This document shows, piece by piece, positions 17,719-28,480 of a stretch of DNA of 64,000 nucleotides. The DNA comes from a virus (Duplodnaviria > Heunggongvirae > Uroviricota > Caudoviricetes), in IMG/VR virus record IMGVR_UViG_3300023174_000135. One strand, given 5' to 3'. Position 1 is the stretch's first letter; the number at the start of each line of letters is the position of its first letter. The position numbers were made by a program, and so were the translations under genes. The notes beneath the pieces were generated by a model, which was not told where the DNA came from, did not search any database, and was given only the letters and a program-made list of their open reading frames with translations.

Positions 17719-20538
17719 TTAACTTGTTAACGATATACAACTTGCATCTGTTAATGCAGAATCAAAAAAAGCCATTTGTGCTATATTTTTAGTTATATCT
17801 TGTGATGTATGATAAAATTGTTGCATTGTAGAATAGGTAAAAGGATTATTTGAAACTACTTTTGTACCATTTTCAAATATATTTAAATAAGTTCCATTCC
17901 AAGTAACTGCTAATTTTGAAGCAGTTGCAGTTGTATAATAAACAGCATTAAAGTTAACTCCGTCTGTGCATTTTTCAATGCTAAACTTTTTAGTATTATC
18001 TGGTCCTTTACGGAGTGAGATTCCAGTATTATCAGAAGCAGAATTGCGTATTAATGTACCAACAACAGCATTATCTCTCGAAGTTGTTATATTATTTCTA
18101 AAATCAATAAACCATGTACCACTATAAGTTCCGGTTATACCTTTAGTTATTAAATTATCTAATTGAAAAAGAGATGCACCACGAGTAACTGCCACACTAG
18201 TTGTTGGAATATAAGAAGTTGGATAATAAACAGAACCACCAGAACCATTATCTTCTAGTTGTGCTCCCCATAATAAAGTTCTTGAATTACTAGGCGCTGT
18301 TAAGGTTCCATTTCCATCAGCATGATTTATATTAATACCAGCACTAGATGTTGCTGAGACTGTAAATGATATAATACATCTATACCAACCATTATTATAA
18401 CTTTGTATTGAGGCTGTGTGTCCAGAATCTAATGTTCCAATAGAACCATTAGATATGTTAAACCAAGTTCGTCTTGTTGAAGGACCAAAAAAATCAATTA
18501 AAGCAATATAATCATTGTCAACTTTTTTCGCAAAAGTTGACAAAACATAATTCACACCAGAATTTAATGTGAATGCCTCTGAAACTCCACCATATGTAGT
18601 TATACCAGTTTGCTGTTGTATTAAATCAGCCGTTAAATTACCATCTGGTGCAACAGAATAATTAGCAATACTACCACTACCAAAAGCATTCAGCCTTGTA
18701 AGGTTCCAAGCTGCATTATCAAATTGTTCTGAATATGTAATTAAATTTCTTCTCTGAGGTTCTAACATTAAACAAGGTGCACCTAATGTATAATCAATAG
18801 TAGGTATACTAGAAGAAATAGTTTCTATTACACCATTTACATTTAATCGTGTTGCGGATGAACTCCTTGTATATGTTAAATCTCCATTACTACCATAATT
18901 TGGAAATTGTGAATAAATAATACCAGATTTATAAGAATGTGGAACTAAAAGCCAAGTAGCATCTACTAAAAGATTTTTAGAATCTAATGCTGATATAGTA
19001 TCTAAATAATTATTCGTTTCAAATGTTCCAGCAGCCGTTGTAACTCTATCTATATACATAGAATTTACTTCATTTAGCATAGTAGGCAAAAATAATCTAT
19101 TCCTAATAGCATTATGATTTTGCAAAACTTCCAATGAACTTAAATTCCTATTCCATTTAGCAAAAGTATAAGCTGTCATATTACAATAAGTATCATTAAA
19201 CCCAATATAAATTGGAGATGTTGTTTCAACCGTTGGTTGTAAATATGCACTAGATACTCTATAATATTTTCCATTTACATATAATCTTAAAAAGGTATTA
19301 TCATAAGTAATTGTTACTATATTATTTGTACCAATATTTTTTTGTATGAAAAGATCATTAACATTGCTTGCTTTGAAAACAAATGTATCTTTACTTCCTG
19401 AACGAGTTAAAAATAAAAGTATACCACTACCAGCTGCACCAGAATTACCTTTACCAAATATACTAGGAAATGCCTGAGATTGTGTTGGGCCTGTTGAAAA
19501 AGCAATTGATACACTCCATGTTGATGCAGTTGCAAATTGTGTTAATGTATTATTCGGAATTGAAACTCTTGAAAAAGTTCCATCAAAAGTTAAACCTCCA
19601 CTATTAGAAGCACTCCAACCAACACCATTTTCTAAAGATGCGGTAATGCCACCAGTTATTAAATCATTCCAAACAATTGAAGCCGTATTAGCAAATGATT
19701 TAATATCAGAAGCATCAAATAAAAATTGCAAATTATTTGTTACAAGTGTATTTGTATTAATTGTAGGTGTTATTAATGTTTGTATCGGAGTAAATCTTGA
19801 AACCACCGCATTATAATTATTAGATATTTCTGTATCAGACAATGCACGATTATATAATTTAAATGATGCAACACTAAAAAAGCTTTTAGTCGTACCATCT
19901 GCACCAACTAATGCTGCATTAGCAGCACCAGAAGCCGTACTAACTTGTAAATTACTAAATGTTTTAGAAACACCTTTTTTAACCCCATTTATAAAAAGAG
20001 ACCCAGAATTATTATTAATAGTAACAGCAATATGATTCCAAACACTAGTACTAAATGTTTGGTTATATTGAGTTCCAGAAAAATTATTTCCACCACCTGA
20101 AAATCCACCAGCAGTATTTCCAAAACAAATATATGTAAATGAAGAACGATTTAAACGATTATCATAAGCAAAATAAATACCGGCATTTGGAGTTGATTGA
20201 TCTGGATTTCCTTTTCTATAAATGCTATAGAGATATCCACTTGAGCCTGTATAATCTAAATAATCAAATTTAACCCAAGCTTCCATTGACATATTATTTC
20301 CCACATCATTAGAATTACCTGCTATAAGCGAAATTTGTGGACTACTAACAGTTCCACTGTTATAAAAAGAACCACCATTTAATGTATTATATGTAACATT
20401 AATTAATGTGCCAGTATTATTATTTGGTGACAAATCAAATACACTACTACCTGTACCTGGATAACATTTTGGATCAGCGGCATCATACCATATTTTTACA
20501 TTATCGCTTACTATATTTTTACCTGAAATTACACCCAT
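17719..20538 (-). CDS. large structural or fibre protein with two LamG-type domains plus jelly-roll module
   Basis: Two LamG signatures (KIWYDAADPKCYPGTGSSVFDL... and LQFLFDASDIKSF...SSLEVLQNHNAIRNR) followed by LEPQRRNLITYSEQFDNAAWN...APDGNLTA. Confidence 0.65.
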   Translation of the reverse strand: MGVISGKNIVSDNVKIWYDAADPKCYPGTGSSVFDLSPNNNTGTLINVTYNTLNGGSFYNSGTVSSPQISLIAGNSNDVGNNMSMEAWVKFDYLDYTGSSGYLYSIYRKGNPDQSTPNAGIYFAYDNRLNRSSFTYICFGNTAGGFSGGGNNFSGTQYNQTFSTSVWNHIAVTINNNSGSLFINGVKKGVSKTFSNLQVSTASGAANAALVGADGTTKSFFSVASFKLYNRALSDTEISNNYNAVVSRFTPIQTLITPTINTNTLVTNNLQFLFDASDIKSFANTASIVWNDLITGGITASLENGVGWSASNSGGLTFDGTFSRVSIPNNTLTQFATASTWSVSIAFSTGPTQSQAFPSIFGKGNSGAAGSGILLFLTRSGSKDTFVFKASNVNDLFIQKNIGTNNIVTITYDNTFLRLYVNGKYYRVSSAYLQPTVETTSPIYIGFNDTYCNMTAYTFAKWNRNLSSLEVLQNHNAIRNRLFLPTMLNEVNSMYIDRVTTAAGTFETNNYLDTISALDSKNLLVDATWLLVPHSYKSGIIYSQFPNYGSNGDLTYTRSSSATRLNVNGVIETISSSIPTIDYTLGAPCLMLEPQRRNLITYSEQFDNAAWNLTRLNAFGSGSIANYSVAPDGNLTADLIQQQTGITTYGGVSEAFTLNSGVNYVLSTFAKKVDNDYIALIDFFGPSTRRTWFNISNGSIGTLDSGHTASIQSYNNGWYRCIISFTVSATSSAGININHADGNGTLTAPSNSRTLLWGAQLEDNGSGGSVYYPTSYIPTTSVAVTRGASLFQLDNLITKGITGTYSGTWFIDFRNNITTSRDNAVVGTLIRNSASDNTGISLRKGPDNTKKFSIEKCTDGVNFNAVYYTTATASKLAVTWNGTYLNIFENGTKVVSNNPFTYSTMQQFYHTSQDITKNIAQMAFFDSALTDASCISLTS

Positions 20539-20553
20539 TTTTTATATATTTTT

Positions 20554-22482
20554 TTATAATCCAAATCTTGTTCTATTAGCATTAAAATTTTGTAAAATTT
20601 CTGAACTACTTAATCCTCTACCATATAACATAACTCTTGCTACTTTACCATTTATTCTATCATTATTACCACCAACAATATTAGGTCCATTACAGATATT
20701 ATATTGGTTTCCAGTATAAAAATCAACATTACTTGAATATGTAGCGGAAAAAGTAAAAGAACCATTATAATATAAACTATATTGATTATAATTAGAATAT
20801 GTCATATGAACTACAGATATATTACACCAAGTAGCAGTGCCGATTACTGGTGTAATATAATTAGTTTGACCAGATGTTAAATTAGTTCCACGAATACCAA
20901 AACGTAGATTAAATCCAGTATTTTTAAATAAAAATCCTGTAGTATTATCAAATGTTGCATCTTTTGAACCAGTTGATGTTATTCTTATTATTCTATTATT
21001 AAAAACTCCTTTCCAATTAAGAAATTTACCAACTATAATTAAATTACCCGAACCATCAAAATTTATATCATAAACACGATTAACAGTTGTAGTGCTAGTT
21101 GTATTAGAACCTTGATCAATTCCGATAGTATTATCAAATGTTGTATCTTTTGATGCTGTTGATGTTAATTTAACTAAACATGAATTAGTTAAACCTTGAT
21201 ACAACTGAAATGCGCCACCAACAAAAACATTTCCAGAACCATCTATTTTAATAGTATTAACAGTATTACTAAATCCAGTTGAAGTATTGAATGTTGCATC
21301 TTTTGAGCCATCAGTATTTAATCTTATAATTCTACTTTCACTAACGCCTCTCCAAGAAGTAAAATCACCACCGCTATATATTTTACCACTTGAATCTAAT
21401 GTTATATTGTAAACTGTATTATTAAAACCAACCGAAGCATCAAAAGTTGCATCTCTTGAACCAGTTGTAGATAACCTTGCTATACGATTTGTTGTAGAAC
21501 CGTTATAAGTAGTAAATTGACCACCACAATATACATTATTACTTGAATCAAATGTTATATCCCATACTATGTCATTAAATCCAGTACCTATATTAAAATT
21601 AGAATCTATTGCTCCATCTGATCTTAATTTTATTATTCTATTATTATTAGTTCCATTATAATTGGTAAATGCTCCACCACAATATACATTATTAGAAGAG
21701 TCAACAGCAACACAATAAACTATATTATTGAAGCCTGTACCTATATTAAATGTTGAATCATATGTGCCATTACTATTTAATCTTGCTATATAATTAGAAG
21801 TGCTACCATTATATGCTGTAAATCCACCAACAATATAGTATTTGCCACTACTTTCGGTAGCAATATCATATATTATATTATTAGCTCCTAGTCCATAAAC
21901 AAATTCTGTATTTACACTACCAGTAGAAGTTAATTGTATTATATTATTTGAATCTGTTGTTTTGTAAGTATCAAATCTACCAACACATAGTATATTAGTA
22001 TCGATTAATAAAGATTTATATACAGCCCAGTTTGTGGCGACTGCGGCATTTTGAGCTGCTTGATTTGTTAAATCTATACCATATATTTTTGCTCCATTAG
22101 TTCCTCTACCAAATATACCTATATCAGATGTTAAAATTGGAAAATTTAAATTTGATGTTCTAATATAACCATAGTTATCAGTAGTTTTATACCAAATATC
22201 CATTGTAAAATTAGAATTAGGACTATAGTCAATTGAAGCAGTTGTATTAATTACTATATAATCATTTACATTATCAATAGAAATACTACCCATTGCATCT
22301 GTATCATATAAGGGTCCATTAAGTAATGATGCAGTTTTTCCTAATACTAAATCATTCCATACAGTTGAACCAGAACCACTAAATGATACTGGATCAGCAG
22401 CATCTAATAATAATGCTAAACCATTTGATACTAACGAAGGACCATAAGTAGTCCTACCATTATTTCCACTAATAATTATCAT
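20554..22482 (-). CDS. LamG-type domain plus seven tandem ~50-aa beta-propeller-like repeats plus C-terminal jelly-roll
   Basis: N-terminal LDAADPVSFSGSGSTVWNDL...; seven repeats of F(N/D)xxxGFNxxVxxIxxDSSxxxYxGGxFTxYNGxxxNRIxRLxxxGSxDxTF; C-terminal SSSEILQNFNANRTRFGL. Confidence 0.65.
   Translation of the reverse strand: MIIISGNNGRTTYGPSLVSNGLALLLDAADPVSFSGSGSTVWNDLVLGKTASLLNGPLYDTDAMGSISIDNVNDYIVINTTASIDYSPNSNFTMDIWYKTTDNYGYIRTSNLNFPILTSDIGIFGRGTNGAKIYGIDLTNQAAQNAAVATNWAVYKSLLIDTNILCVGRFDTYKTTDSNNIIQLTSTGSVNTEFVYGLGANNIIYDIATESSGKYYIVGGFTAYNGSTSNYIARLNSNGTYDSTFNIGTGFNNIVYCVAVDSSNNVYCGGAFTNYNGTNNNRIIKLRSDGAIDSNFNIGTGFNDIVWDITFDSSNNVYCGGQFTTYNGSTTNRIARLSTTGSRDATFDASVGFNNTVYNITLDSSGKIYSGGDFTSWRGVSESRIIRLNTDGSKDATFNTSTGFSNTVNTIKIDGSGNVFVGGAFQLYQGLTNSCLVKLTSTASKDTTFDNTIGIDQGSNTTSTTTVNRVYDINFDGSGNLIIVGKFLNWKGVFNNRIIRITSTGSKDATFDNTTGFLFKNTGFNLRFGIRGTNLTSGQTNYITPVIGTATWCNISVVHMTYSNYNQYSLYYNGSFTFSATYSSNVDFYTGNQYNICNGPNIVGGNNDRINGKVARVMLYGRGLSSSEILQNFNANRTRFGL
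20920..21930. repeat. coding tandem repeats (7 x ~150 nt) for the propeller blades
   Basis: Periodicity seen in the translated protein of 20554-22482. Confidence 0.6.
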
Positions 22483-22493
22483 ATCATATATAT

Positions 22494-22757
22494 TTATTGG
22501 TTAAAGCTCCAACCAAAAAATGTATGAGCACCATTGCCTTCTATATCCCAAATTTCATATTGGGTCCAATCTTGTGATGGTTCGCCATACCATAAGACAT
22601 CAACAGAAAATTTATTTTCTGTTAAAACACCTAATTCGACGAAGGTGTGGAAATCAAGTGTTTCCAATAAAGATTTTAAATCTAAAAATTGTTGTTGTGA
22701 ATCGAATTCATACTTTCTAAAAAAATAATTCATAATTATAATGTTAAATTTTGGCAT
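22494..22757 (-). CDS. small hypothetical protein between fibre genes; possible assembly factor
   Basis: 87-aa ORF overlapping the 3' end of the upstream fibre gene by 22 nt. Confidence 0.4.
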   Translation of the reverse strand: MPKFNIIIMNYFFRKYEFDSQQQFLDLKSLLETLDFHTFVELGVLTENKFSVDVLWYGEPSQDWTQYEIWDIEGNGAHTFFGWSFNQ

Positions 22758-25700
22758 TGTGTATCACTTAAATAAAAAGGAAAATAAGATATAGATTTTA
22801 TTAATAAATAAGGATTTACTGTCACAATGCTATCTAATGTTGTATCTCTAGCAACTGTTATCGTATATGTTGAACCAAATTTTGATCCGTTAGCAAATAA
22901 TTCAACAGTCGAAGAAGTATAACGGATTAAAAATTTATTAAATTGTCTCAATGTCATAGCATAATCACTAAACATACTTGCATTAGCATTTGCCACCCAT
23001 CTAAATCTAATTGAGTTATTTTGATTTAATAATAAATCAATAAAATTTTGACCTAATGTATTTTTTATATAAAATTGTTCTCCTGAAGTATAAAACCCAT
23101 TAACGCTATGAGCTATAGCAATATCAAATAAAATGCATCCAAATGTTCCGGATACTAAACCATTATTATACATTTGATTTATTGACAATGTTTCGTTAGA
23201 CCTGGTTGAGAATGTTGTCCTGGTTGGCACATAATCCTTGTTATAATCATAGGATGAAACTCTAGTGTATGTGTCTATTCCCACATAATTTGTTCCACTA
23301 ATTTGTACACCCCAAATATCTATTTGATCCCCAGAATTTTCAATTTTTATTTTTCCATTTATTGCAAAAGTATTTCCAGATGTTGCTGCTATTGTTGCTG
23401 CTAAGTAATTAGATGTAAAACTATAGTCATCCAATACTGTTGATACGGTTGCATTAAATCCATTATAGGTAGTAGTAGTATTTAATTTAAAAGCGTCACC
23501 TGATGTTAAACCATGTGGTGCCACACAATTTATTGTATAAAACCCAGTTGTCGAAGAATATGTACATGATATTCTAACACCATCTACACTATATCTTGAC
23601 CAAGTTGCCGTTAAACTTGCAGTTGCAATTATAGGACCAGTTTGTAACCATACATTTCCTGTTCCAGAAACTCTTTTTATATATGCTGAAACCAATGGAA
23701 CTCTATTTCCTATTCCACCAGGTGGATTTTGAGTTATAATAGACATATTTTGATTAGTTATTAATCTATTAGCACCATATACTCCAGAAGGATCTAAATC
23801 AGGAGATACTGATACACTTACTCCTGTTTTTATCCAAGCACTATTTGTTAAATCTTGACTGTATATAAAATAGTTTTCAGCAGCAACAGATGCTCTAATT
23901 GTTCCAATTCCTGTTGTATAATCAATACAAGGAACATTTAGTCTATTAGTAACTCCTAAATATGGTAAAGAATCTCCTCCTTTTACAAATTGCGCACCCC
24001 ATACTAATAAATCTCTACTTGTTACTGAATTATAAGTATTAATTGATAAACCAGCAGTATTATCAAAAGCAGTTGCGCCATATACTAATCTCTGCCAATA
24101 ACCACTCATAGTAAATACTGTTTGTGAATTTGACCCACCCATTGCTAAACTAATCGATTCACCAGAATTGCCTTTAACATAAACAGACAACGAAAATGTG
24201 GCTCCTGTGGTTGGTAAATCTACCGCCATAGCTACAGAATTTGGATATTGATAATAACCTTTATTAGTACCACTAAATTGAATTCTGGTTGCGGTATAAT
24301 TTCCATCAGGTGCAACACCAGCATTATAAGAAACAGTAACACCAGGTGAGTTTAATATATTCCAGTTTGTATTTAAATATAATGAGCCAGATAACATATT
24401 ATAAGGTACTGAGCCTAAATAACTATTAGGATCTATTCTAGTTGATATACTACCTCTTGTAAATGTAACTAATTGTTGTGTAGCTGCTACTTTTTGATAT
24501 GCCAATTTATCAGGACCTTCAACCAATTGTGCACCCCATAAATAAATACCATTAACACCATCTCCAACATCATTGGTTATTATATTATTAAATACCCATT
24601 GTCTTACTTTTAATGTTACATCTGTATCTGTATTAAATGTTAAACTAATACGATAAATACCATTGCCTACATTTTCAATAGCGCCAGATGCATTAGAAAA
24701 ACTACCAGTAGTTATTGGACCATATACTGCTGTACCATTATCTACTCTAACTGCATAATTAGCACTATTATTAGTGTTAAGCCCATTTACATAAAGATAT
24801 ATACCATTAAACCCAGCAGGCTGTGCATATATTGAATATGTATATTGTTTAGAGATTCCTAATTTTGATATAGTTTGAAGCGGTCCTGCTCCTGTTGAAG
24901 ATCCATCTACACCTGTTGCAATTATTATTTTATCCATAGTAATTGTGCCATCAGGTGCGGTTGCACCATTGAGTGAATATGAAAACCCGCTTCCGGCCCA
25001 AACAGTAGAACTAAAATCTTCGGTTGAATATAATAAATTGTAATTATTAATATATGGTTTTGCTGGATATATACTTCCTTCATTATATGCAGTTGGTGTT
25101 AAAACAAAAGATGCACTTCCTAATAAATTATAATTATTCAAATTTTGCAAAATAGTTAAGGTTCCTGCTTCGTTTTCCACGGTAGCAGCTTCAGAATAAG
25201 CTCTTACTTTTAACATATCTAATGTTGCTTGTGCTAAATCAGAAGCGGTAACTGATATTAAATTATATTTCTTTTTTATAGTATTATAATTTTGTGATAA
25301 TTCATTAGCGGATAATATACGATTATAGATATAAGCTGAATAAAAACTACCATTAAAAAATCTAGTATTTAGCACTTGGAAAAAATTTCCTACGTTAAAA
25401 TTACCTGGTTGTTTATTTAGATTTAAATTAGAATCTACTTGTGTATTATTTACAAATACATTAATTAAATTAGATTGATTGCGTGTTACAACTAAATGAT
25501 ATATATTTGAACTAGTTAAAGCGGGAACTGGATAAACATTTTTTATATATGCTCCCATATTATTAATAACTAAAGATTTAGTTGCTAATTCTAAATTATA
25601 AATAGAAGCTGTTGGTGAAGCATCGGAAATAATTGTATCTCTACCTTCTAATGTAACATCGGTTACGTTAATTTTTAGAATTATAGAAATTGTAAAATCG

Positions 25701-26461
25701 TTAGATAAGGTTAATTGGTTTAATAAATTACCATATTGACTTATGCCGTCAAAGGTTAAATTATTTGAATTTGATAAACCAGGAAAATTATATAAAGCTG
25801 AATTTAATCCAGATTTTGATAAATCATATAAAGTATTTCTTACACCTTGTGTTGAAGTAGATAAAATATAATCGGTTAATGTCCCAACTTCTGCTTGTGC
25901 ACCCCAAACAAGCCAACTTGCAGTTGAACCAACCGCTGCTGAGCCTGCTCTACCATAATAAAATGATAAGGTATCACCAACACTAACGGTAAATCCAGAC
26001 GGTTTAGTATAAGATAATCTATACCAACCATTTCCGCAATCTTGACTAAACCAACCAGTTGCGATGTTACCAGTTGAACTATAAGTAAAAGTTAAAACAT
26101 TAAAATTGGTTGCTGTTGTAATGTTTCTAACTAAAAATACTCTTGAACCACTATTTATATCTTTGGTATAAATTGAAACATTCAGAGTTGTTGCTCTTGC
26201 TGTAAATTGTTGTATAGGAACACCTGGTGTTAAAGAGCCATTAGTATCATCTATAATACAAGCAGTATTAGTACCATCAGGAGCAAGTGATTGTGTTGAT
26301 GTAACGGTAGCACCACCTTTATTCCAATTTGCTTTTGAAAAATCTTGGCTCCAAAGTAAAAAATTTGTTTTAGGAGGTTGTGATATAGATTTTACATTTG
26401 AAGCATCTAATACTAATACTAAGCCATCTCTAACTGGTTTTAAGCCTACTGATCCACTCAT
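22736..26461 (-). CDS. very large (1241 aa) fibre-like protein with LamG-type domain and about four repeated SQDFS..W...APDG jelly-roll modules
   Basis: LVLVLDASNVKSI...FDGISQYGNL...SANELSQNYNTIKKKY; repeated modules NFLLWSQDFSKANW..APDGTNTA, LLYSTEDFSSTVW..APDGTITM, SVTVSYNAGVAPDGNYTA, FIYSQDLTNSAW. Confidence 0.65.
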   Translation of the reverse strand: MSGSVGLKPVRDGLVLVLDASNVKSISQPPKTNFLLWSQDFSKANWNKGGATVTSTQSLAPDGTNTACIIDDTNGSLTPGVPIQQFTARATTLNVSIYTKDINSGSRVFLVRNITTATNFNVLTFTYSSTGNIATGWFSQDCGNGWYRLSYTKPSGFTVSVGDTLSFYYGRAGSAAVGSTASWLVWGAQAEVGTLTDYILSTSTQGVRNTLYDLSKSGLNSALYNFPGLSNSNNLTFDGISQYGNLLNQLTLSNDFTISIILKINVTDVTLEGRDTIISDASPTASIYNLELATKSLVINNMGAYIKNVYPVPALTSSNIYHLVVTRNQSNLINVFVNNTQVDSNLNLNKQPGNFNVGNFFQVLNTRFFNGSFYSAYIYNRILSANELSQNYNTIKKKYNLISVTASDLAQATLDMLKVRAYSEAATVENEAGTLTILQNLNNYNLLGSASFVLTPTAYNEGSIYPAKPYINNYNLLYSTEDFSSTVWAGSGFSYSLNGATAPDGTITMDKIIIATGVDGSSTGAGPLQTISKLGISKQYTYSIYAQPAGFNGIYLYVNGLNTNNSANYAVRVDNGTAVYGPITTGSFSNASGAIENVGNGIYRISLTFNTDTDVTLKVRQWVFNNIITNDVGDGVNGIYLWGAQLVEGPDKLAYQKVAATQQLVTFTRGSISTRIDPNSYLGSVPYNMLSGSLYLNTNWNILNSPGVTVSYNAGVAPDGNYTATRIQFSGTNKGYYQYPNSVAMAVDLPTTGATFSLSVYVKGNSGESISLAMGGSNSQTVFTMSGYWQRLVYGATAFDNTAGLSINTYNSVTSRDLLVWGAQFVKGGDSLPYLGVTNRLNVPCIDYTTGIGTIRASVAAENYFIYSQDLTNSAWIKTGVSVSVSPDLDPSGVYGANRLITNQNMSIITQNPPGGIGNRVPLVSAYIKRVSGTGNVWLQTGPIIATASLTATWSRYSVDGVRISCTYSSTTGFYTINCVAPHGLTSGDAFKLNTTTTYNGFNATVSTVLDDYSFTSNYLAATIAATSGNTFAINGKIKIENSGDQIDIWGVQISGTNYVGIDTYTRVSSYDYNKDYVPTRTTFSTRSNETLSINQMYNNGLVSGTFGCILFDIAIAHSVNGFYTSGEQFYIKNTLGQNFIDLLLNQNNSIRFRWVANANASMFSDYAMTLRQFNKFLIRYTSSTVELFANGSKFGSTYTITVARDTTLDSIVTVNPYLLIKSISYFPFYLSDTQCQNLTL

Positions 26462-26465
26462 GCTA

Positions 26466-27761
26466 TTAAATTTTAGATTTCATATATTTATCTGTTAAAT
26501 TTACTTTAACTGGGCAAAGCACTTGCCCGATATTGGCTGGTATAAATACATCACCAAATACTTTTCTTCCTATATTTAAGGAACCATTAACATCTGCATT
26601 TATTTTCAAACCTTTACTGGTTTTAAATAAGCCTCTTTTAATTCTTGTCCCTAAATAAGTGTCTTGTTTTTTAATTTGTTCTAAATCTAAACTCGAACAT
26701 TTAGAGGTGTAACTTTCTTCATGTGTTAGAACATTTATTCCTGCTAACTTACATTTATAAGTTAACATCTCTATAAACCTATGATAGGGGATAGATACAA
26801 ATGTTTGATTTAGTTTTTTACCAAGGTTAATTCCTTGTTTCCATTCTTTATTATATCCTATAGCTAATTCCTTTATCTTGTTATCTTTTAGAGAATCAAC
26901 TATTTTTTTAGATATTTTATGTAATTTATCGTTTATACGGTTATTTCTTTTTGTCGTTAATTTATTTATTTTTTCACTTTTATATACTTGTCTTAAGACC
27001 ATGTTACCTTCAGTATCTTTATACCACGAATGTTTAAATTCTTTATTTTGGTTAGGCAAAAATTTTTTATAATGTTCTAATTTTTTGTTATAAAATTTAT
27101 TAATGCTCTTAGACACTTTACCATTGTATATTTCAGTTAAACCTGAATCTGTTGTTAAAGTTGCTAAATTATTTATTCCTAAATCAATAGCTGCTTTACC
27201 ATTAAAATTATTTACTTCTTCTGGTTTTGTATAAATTATTTCTAAATTATAATGGCTTGTTTTTGGCACTATCCTTACCTGAAATAATTCATCCTGTGTT
27301 TTTATAGAAGTTTTAATTGGTTGGAGATTTAACTTCTTTGGAAAATGTATATAACCATCACGCACTTTTGAAACTTTTATGTCGCCTCTAATAACTACTA
27401 CATTTCTACCTTTTTCTTTATCTTTATACTTCATAAATTTAGGGCAACCAGTTAATTTCGTCTTATCTTTTTTCCAAAGGTTAATAAGACTTAAGAATGA
27501 TTTAACATTTTTATCAAATAACATAAGCACTTGTTGACTAACCGATGCGGTTAAAAGGTAATAATTATTATATTCATCTGGTTGTTCTTTCATTAACTTA
27601 TCCATATCTTTATATCTAATAAAATGACCGGTTTCTTTATAATTGGTATTAAATGTATATAATGCTTGATTATAAAGATTTTTAGAATGCCAACATAATG
27701 TATCACAGGCTTTCCAGTTAACATTTGTTTTATTTATTTGGTGGATTTCGGTTAAAATCAT
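26466..27761 (-). mobile_element. tnpB: TnpB-like (IS200/IS605 OrfB family RuvC-like) gene, solitary with no tnpA, zinc-finger cysteines degenerate
   Basis: RuvC-I AAIDLGINNLATLT, RuvC-II region IKELAIGYNKEW, C-terminal ESYTSKCSS...KINADVNGSLNIGRK (RuvC-III NADxNGAxNI); the CxxC...CxxC ligands are replaced (SKCSSLD / KTSKG); 4-bp and 17-bp gaps to neighbouring fibre genes. Confidence 0.75.
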
Positions 27762-27778
27762 AATTTGTATATATTAAA

Positions 27779-28480
27779 TTAATAATTGAATCTAGATTTT
27801 GTTGCATTATAATTTTGTAAAACTTCGGCTGCTGTTAAAGAACGGTTATATATCTTTACGACATTTATTTTTCCATTCCAAGATTGTGCTGAACCAGTAT
27901 TGCTTGAACCTCTTGATGCTAGTTTGAAAAAAGATGATGTGCCTGTATATGTTGGTGTATAGCTATTTATATTTATTCCATCAAGATACCAACTCCAACT
28001 ACCATTATTTGATGATAACAAATAATTATGCCAATTATTTGAATTAATATTCGTAACAGTTAATGAAATGGGAGATGGTGTATAATTTGTACCATCTCCA
28101 TTGAAAGATCTCATTTGATCTCCCCATATTTCCAAATCTAATAATTGATATCCAAAAGTACCAGAATTAAAACTCCAAATTGTTTCTCTGGTTGCGGAAT
28201 TTGTATCCATATTACCACACTTGGCTATAACTTCTATTGCAAAATTACTATTTGTATTTAATGAAAATGGAATCCATACTAAATCATCTATACCATCAAA
28301 TCCAATACTGCCATTATTTGTGTTACTAAAACTTGGTCCATTTGTTAATGTGGCAGATATATTACTGGTTATATCACTCCAAGTTAAACCAGAGCCAGGA
28401 TAAGATTTTGTATTGCCAGCATCTAAATATAAAATTAAACCATTTTTAACTATACCAGGACCACCATTTAAAGTACTCAT
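27779..28480 (-). CDS. LamG-type domain protein (233 aa)
   Basis: LYLDAGNTKSYPGSGLTWSDI...FDGIDDLVWI...TAAEVLQNYNATKSRFNY. Confidence 0.65.
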   Translation of the reverse strand: MSTLNGGPGIVKNGLILYLDAGNTKSYPGSGLTWSDITSNISATLTNGPSFSNTNNGSIGFDGIDDLVWIPFSLNTNSNFAIEVIAKCGNMDTNSATRETIWSFNSGTFGYQLLDLEIWGDQMRSFNGDGTNYTPSPISLTVTNINSNNWHNYLLSSNNGSWSWYLDGININSYTPTYTGTSSFFKLASRGSSNTGSAQSWNGKINVVKIYNRSLTAAEVLQNYNATKSRFNY

